Virus record (IMG/VR): IMGVR_UViG_2772190736_000001 | Location: 26,634-90,633 of that record | Reading direction: 5' to 3' (one strand) | Source of the DNA: a virus | Taxonomy: Duplodnaviria; Caudoviricetes | Length of the DNA: 64,000 bases | Part shown: positions 61,286-64,000 of the stretch, in pieces | Numbering within the stretch: position 1 is the first letter of the stretch | Layout: every line of letters starts with the position of its first letter | Translations under genes and position numbers: made by a program | Notes under the pieces: generated by a model | Seen by the model: only the letters and a program-made list of their open reading frames with translations | Told to the model about the DNA's origin: nothing | Databases searched by the model: none

Positions 61286-61881
61286 GCCGATCGCTCCTCC
61301 GCCAGGCCAAGGAGGTGCTCGTGGATCAGCCGGCTGTACTCGGCGTCCGCGAGCGCGTGGTGCTCCCCAGCCCGCTGCTCGGGCAGCCGCGGGTTCCCGG
61401 CATCGACGATGAGGGCCTGGAGCTCGGTGAACCACTGCGGGATGTACTGCGGCATGACGGGCCAGTTGTTGTCCCAGAGCATGTGGAGCCGGCCGATGTC
61501 CTGGCCGCCGTAGTACGCGTACAGGCGGGTCTCCGACGCATGGGTGTCGGCGAAGTAGCGGGACACCTCGGAACGGATCGTCTCGAGCGGCTTCACATCG
61601 GCGTGGGCCCAGTCCACCTGCCACTCGACCACGACGGAGCTGCCGACTGTGTTCCCGAACGGGTTCGGAGTGGCGTCGACGGACTCTCGTGTGCGCGGCA
61701 GGTAGGGGACCACGTGGTTACGCATCCACGTGTTCCGCAGCAGCGCGTCCGCGTCGACGTCGCGGTTCACGGCGTAGTACGAGCGGTTCTGGTCGTCGGT
61801 GAGGCCGATGGAGACGAGACCGCGGTTGGTGGGATCGGCGGGCAGGAACTCGGTGTCGAGGTAGACGCGGCGAACGCGCAC
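61282..61881 (-). CDS. DEDD 3'-5' exonuclease (Rv2179c/RNase AS-like)
   Basis: YLDTEF, LVSIG, H.ALADA. Confidence 0.88.
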   Translation of the reverse strand: MRVRRVYLDTEFLPADPTNRGLVSIGLTDDQNRSYYAVNRDVDADALLRNTWMRNHVVPYLPRTRESVDATPNPFGNTVGSSVVVEWQVDWAHADVKPLETIRSEVSRYFADTHASETRLYAYYGGQDIGRLHMLWDNNWPVMPQYIPQWFTELQALIVDAGNPRLPEQRAGEHHALADAEYSRLIHEHLLGLAEERSA

Positions 61882-61895
61882 GGGGGCTCCTTCGG

Positions 61896-62072
61896 TCAAA
61901 GGGTGGGGACGACGTCGGTGATGGGGCGGGTCTGCGGTACGGCCGGGCCGCCACACGGCCGGCCGTGGTCCGCGAGCGGGAACGCCAACGGGGCATGCAG
62001 GTCGAGGAACGCCTGCAAGTCGGGGTCGACCGCCGGCGAGTCGTACGGGGCCGCTGCATCGGGCTGCATCAC
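61896..62072 (-). CDS. Small hypothetical protein
   Basis: GTGA coupling with upstream gene. Confidence 0.45.
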   Translation of the reverse strand: MMQPDAAAPYDSPAVDPDLQAFLDLHAPLAFPLADHGRPCGGPAVPQTRPITDVVPTL

Positions 62073-62398
62073 GCCTGGTCCTTCGAGTCGGGATGGGCGT
62101 CAGGGATGGACAGGTCGCGGCTGCCCTGAGTGAGCCAGGAGGTGAGCGGCTGGCGGCTGTTGCCGAGGGGGCAGGGGGCGTCGTTGGGGCACGGCTTGTC
62201 GCGGGCTTCCTGGCAGAGCTCCAAGGAGCGGCGGCCGGAAGTGAAGCTGGGGTGGCCTTCGTCGTCGCGGTCAGGGTCGCGGGCGACGATCCAGTCGGGG
62301 CCGACGGCTTCGATGCGGACGCAGTGGTAGTGGTCGCGGCCGAAGGCGCCGTGGGCGAAGCCATGGATGATGTCGCCGGGGGTGAGGGGCGCGGTCAC
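62069..62398 (-). CDS. Hypothetical phage protein
   Basis: GF..G.FGRD.Y....IEA.G.DWIVAR. Confidence 0.7.
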   Translation of the reverse strand: MTAPLTPGDIIHGFAHGAFGRDHYHCVRIEAVGPDWIVARDPDRDDEGHPSFTSGRRSLELCQEARDKPCPNDAPCPLGNSRQPLTSWLTQGSRDLSIPDAHPDSKDQA

Positions 62399-62640
62399 AT
62401 CTGGTCCTTGGGGCCGGGGGTGGGCTGTTCGAGGACGTAGCCGGTACGCCGGGGCTGGCCGGTCTTGGTGACGCGGCTGGCGTGGAGGTTGCGGATGAGG
62501 ACCCAGCGGGCGCGCTTGCCGGTGTCTGCATCTACGACCCAGGCGTGGTTGTGGCCAGGGGTGAAGCTCTCGATGCGGATGCGGATGGTTGCGTTCTCGG
62601 TGCGGTCGTAGCGTCGGTAGGTCTGGCCGGGCTGGATCAC
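62395..62640 (-). CDS. Hypothetical phage protein
   Basis: GTG start (VIQPGQTY), RRTGY motif. Confidence 0.7.
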   Translation of the reverse strand: MIQPGQTYRRYDRTENATIRIRIESFTPGHNHAWVVDADTGKRARWVLIRNLHASRVTKTGQPRRTGYVLEQPTPGPKDQM

Positions 62641-63080
62641 GTCTGGTCCTTGGGGTTGGTGTGGGCGTGGAGGGCGGCGCGAATGCGGGTCGTAGCCGTG
62701 TTCATGCCGCACTCCCGGGCGGTGAGCGGTACGCCGTCGGCGCTCAGGGCCGCTGCGTCCAGACGGTCTAGTTCGGCGCGGACGGCGTCGAGGGCGGCCT
62801 CGGCCTTGGCGCGCCGCTGCTGCTCGTACTTCCAGCCCTCGCGGTAGCTGGCCTTCTCGTTCATCAGGACGCGGTAGTTGCGGTCCTGCTGCTCGGCGTC
62901 CAGCTCGGCCTGCTCCAGGGCGGCCTCGGCCTTCTCCGCGCGGGTCCGCTCCGTGAGGTAGTCCTTGCGGAGCCGGTCCGTCTCGCGGCCGAGCATGTCG
63001 CGCTCGTTGTAGAGCGTGGTCAGCATCGGGTCGGTGATGCTGTCGACGGTGTGCCGGCTGTCCGGGGCGGGCTGGGTCAT
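62637..63080 (-). CDS. Coiled-coil phage protein
   Basis: 147 aa; HTVDSITD..L..LY. Confidence 0.7.
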   Translation of the reverse strand: MTQPAPDSRHTVDSITDPMLTTLYNERDMLGRETDRLRKDYLTERTRAEKAEAALEQAELDAEQQDRNYRVLMNEKASYREGWKYEQQRRAKAEAALDAVRAELDRLDAAALSADGVPLTARECGMNTATTRIRAALHAHTNPKDQT

Positions 63081-63403
63081 GGGGTGTCCTCTCCGAGGAT
63101 CTGGCGGGCGACAGCGAGGGCGTGCGCGTGGAGGGCGGGGAAGTTGTCGTTCTCCAGGTGCACCATTTCGACGGTGAGCCAGTCGGCAAGGGCCGTACCG
63201 ACGCTGGGCCCCATGAGGGCGGCAAGATCGCCGGAGGGCCCTCCAAGGCCGTTGCGGACGCCGTTGGCGTACCAGTCGGGGCGTTCGGTGAGGGCGGATT
63301 GCCAGTACGGGTTGGTGTCGACGTCGGCCTCGGCAGCGTTGGCGGCCTGGCGGAGCTTGTCGGCTGCGGTCCGGAGTTGGTCGGCGGAGCTGGGTTGGGT
63401 CAT
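63077..63403 (-). CDS. Hypothetical phage protein
   Basis: ALM.P.VG.ALADWL...HALAVAR. Confidence 0.75.
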   Translation of the reverse strand: MTQPSSADQLRTAADKLRQAANAAEADVDTNPYWQSALTERPDWYANGVRNGLGGPSGDLAALMGPSVGTALADWLTVEMVHLENDNFPALHAHALAVARQILGEDTP

Positions 63404-64000
63404 CGGGGGGTCTCCTCGTCGGCCATGTGGTCGAGACGTGCGGCTACGGCGTGGAGCTGCTTGGCGACACGGGCCATGTCGGGGTCGTAGCTCTTGCGGG
63501 CGGTTCGGGCGGTCTCGGCGGCGTCGGCTCGGAAGGCGTCGGCGGCTTCGCGGAGGACGGCGGCGCGGTCGTTGGTCGGCTGGGTGTCGGACAACCCGGC
63601 GGCGGGCTCGTTGTCGTTGAGCGCCTGGTGCTGGCGGATGACCATGGCGGTGTAGGCGTACATCCGCTCCCGTGCGATGTCGGGGCCCTGGCCGGCCATG
63701 AGGAGGAGTTCGAACAGGTCAGCGCCGGGGTGGTTCTGCGGCTCGGTGGTGTTCGGCTCGGCGAGGTCGTCGCGGAGCGCCTGCACCCGCTCGGGGTCGA
63801 GCTCCAACCAGTACGGCTCCCGGTCCGGCCCGGAGAGGCAGATGATCCGGCTGTCGTCGTCGCTGTGGAGGACGTCACCGAGGCCCCAGCGGAGCTGCAC
63901 CGGGTCGTCGGCGGTGGTCGGGTCCGGGTCGGCGGCCGCGCGCTCGGGGTTCGTCAGGCAGGTGTCGGGATCGATGCCGTCGCAGTTGCTGCAGCTGTGC
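63400..64000 (-). CDS. Hypothetical phage protein, 5' end outside window
   Basis: Frame appears open to the window end; RAAVLREAAD motif. Confidence 0.65.
   Translation of the reverse strand, partial: HSCSNCDGIDPDTCLTNPERAAADPDPTTADDPVQLRWGLGDVLHSDDDSRIICLSGPDREPYWLELDPERVQALRDDLAEPNTTEPQNHPGADLFELLLMAGQGPDIARERMYAYTAMVIRQHQALNDNEPAAGLSDTQPTNDRAAVLREAADAFRADAAETARTARKSYDPDMARVAKQLHAVAARLDHMADEETPR

Larger units (their letters stand above)
227..64000. mobile_element. Streptomyces-type temperate siphovirus carrying a TraB conjugation module
   Basis: Full head, tail, lysis and packaging gene set; no host housekeeping genes; boundaries not visible. Confidence 0.9.

Noticed and set aside
1-64000. 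Integrase, att sites, tRNA or rRNA genes, IS elements
   Set aside because: None recognised; integration status and element boundaries cannot be determined from this window.

Overview
High-GC, Streptomyces-like DNA that is almost entirely one temperate siphovirus (prophage or phage-plasmid). No integrase or att site is visible, and the element runs off the right end of the window. The left arm (minus strand, ~0.2-25 kb) holds lysis, tail and head genes up to the portal, with a classical -1 frameshift in the tail chaperone. Its minor capsid gene contains an intein that carries a Vsr/DUF559-like endonuclease on the opposite strand. At 26-28 kb is a type III polyketide synthase with an MmyB-family ligand-binding regulator; the PKS sits behind the same promoter-like motif seen before the portal, scaffold, terminase and lysis genes. 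29-41 kb holds accessory genes, a replication initiator with internal palindromic iterons, and HTH regulators. 41-51 kb is a rightward operon resembling a Streptomyces plasmid/AICE conjugation module (TraB-like FtsK ATPase, Spd-like membrane proteins). 51-64 kb holds HIT and NDT-like genes, terminase (opposite strand, 29 kb from the portal), Ku, an unannotated 38-aa peptide with five D/E-x-x-W-G repeats, a HicAB-like pair, LuxR-type HTH proteins and a DEDD exonuclease. All calls come from motif recognition by eye; no database searches were run.
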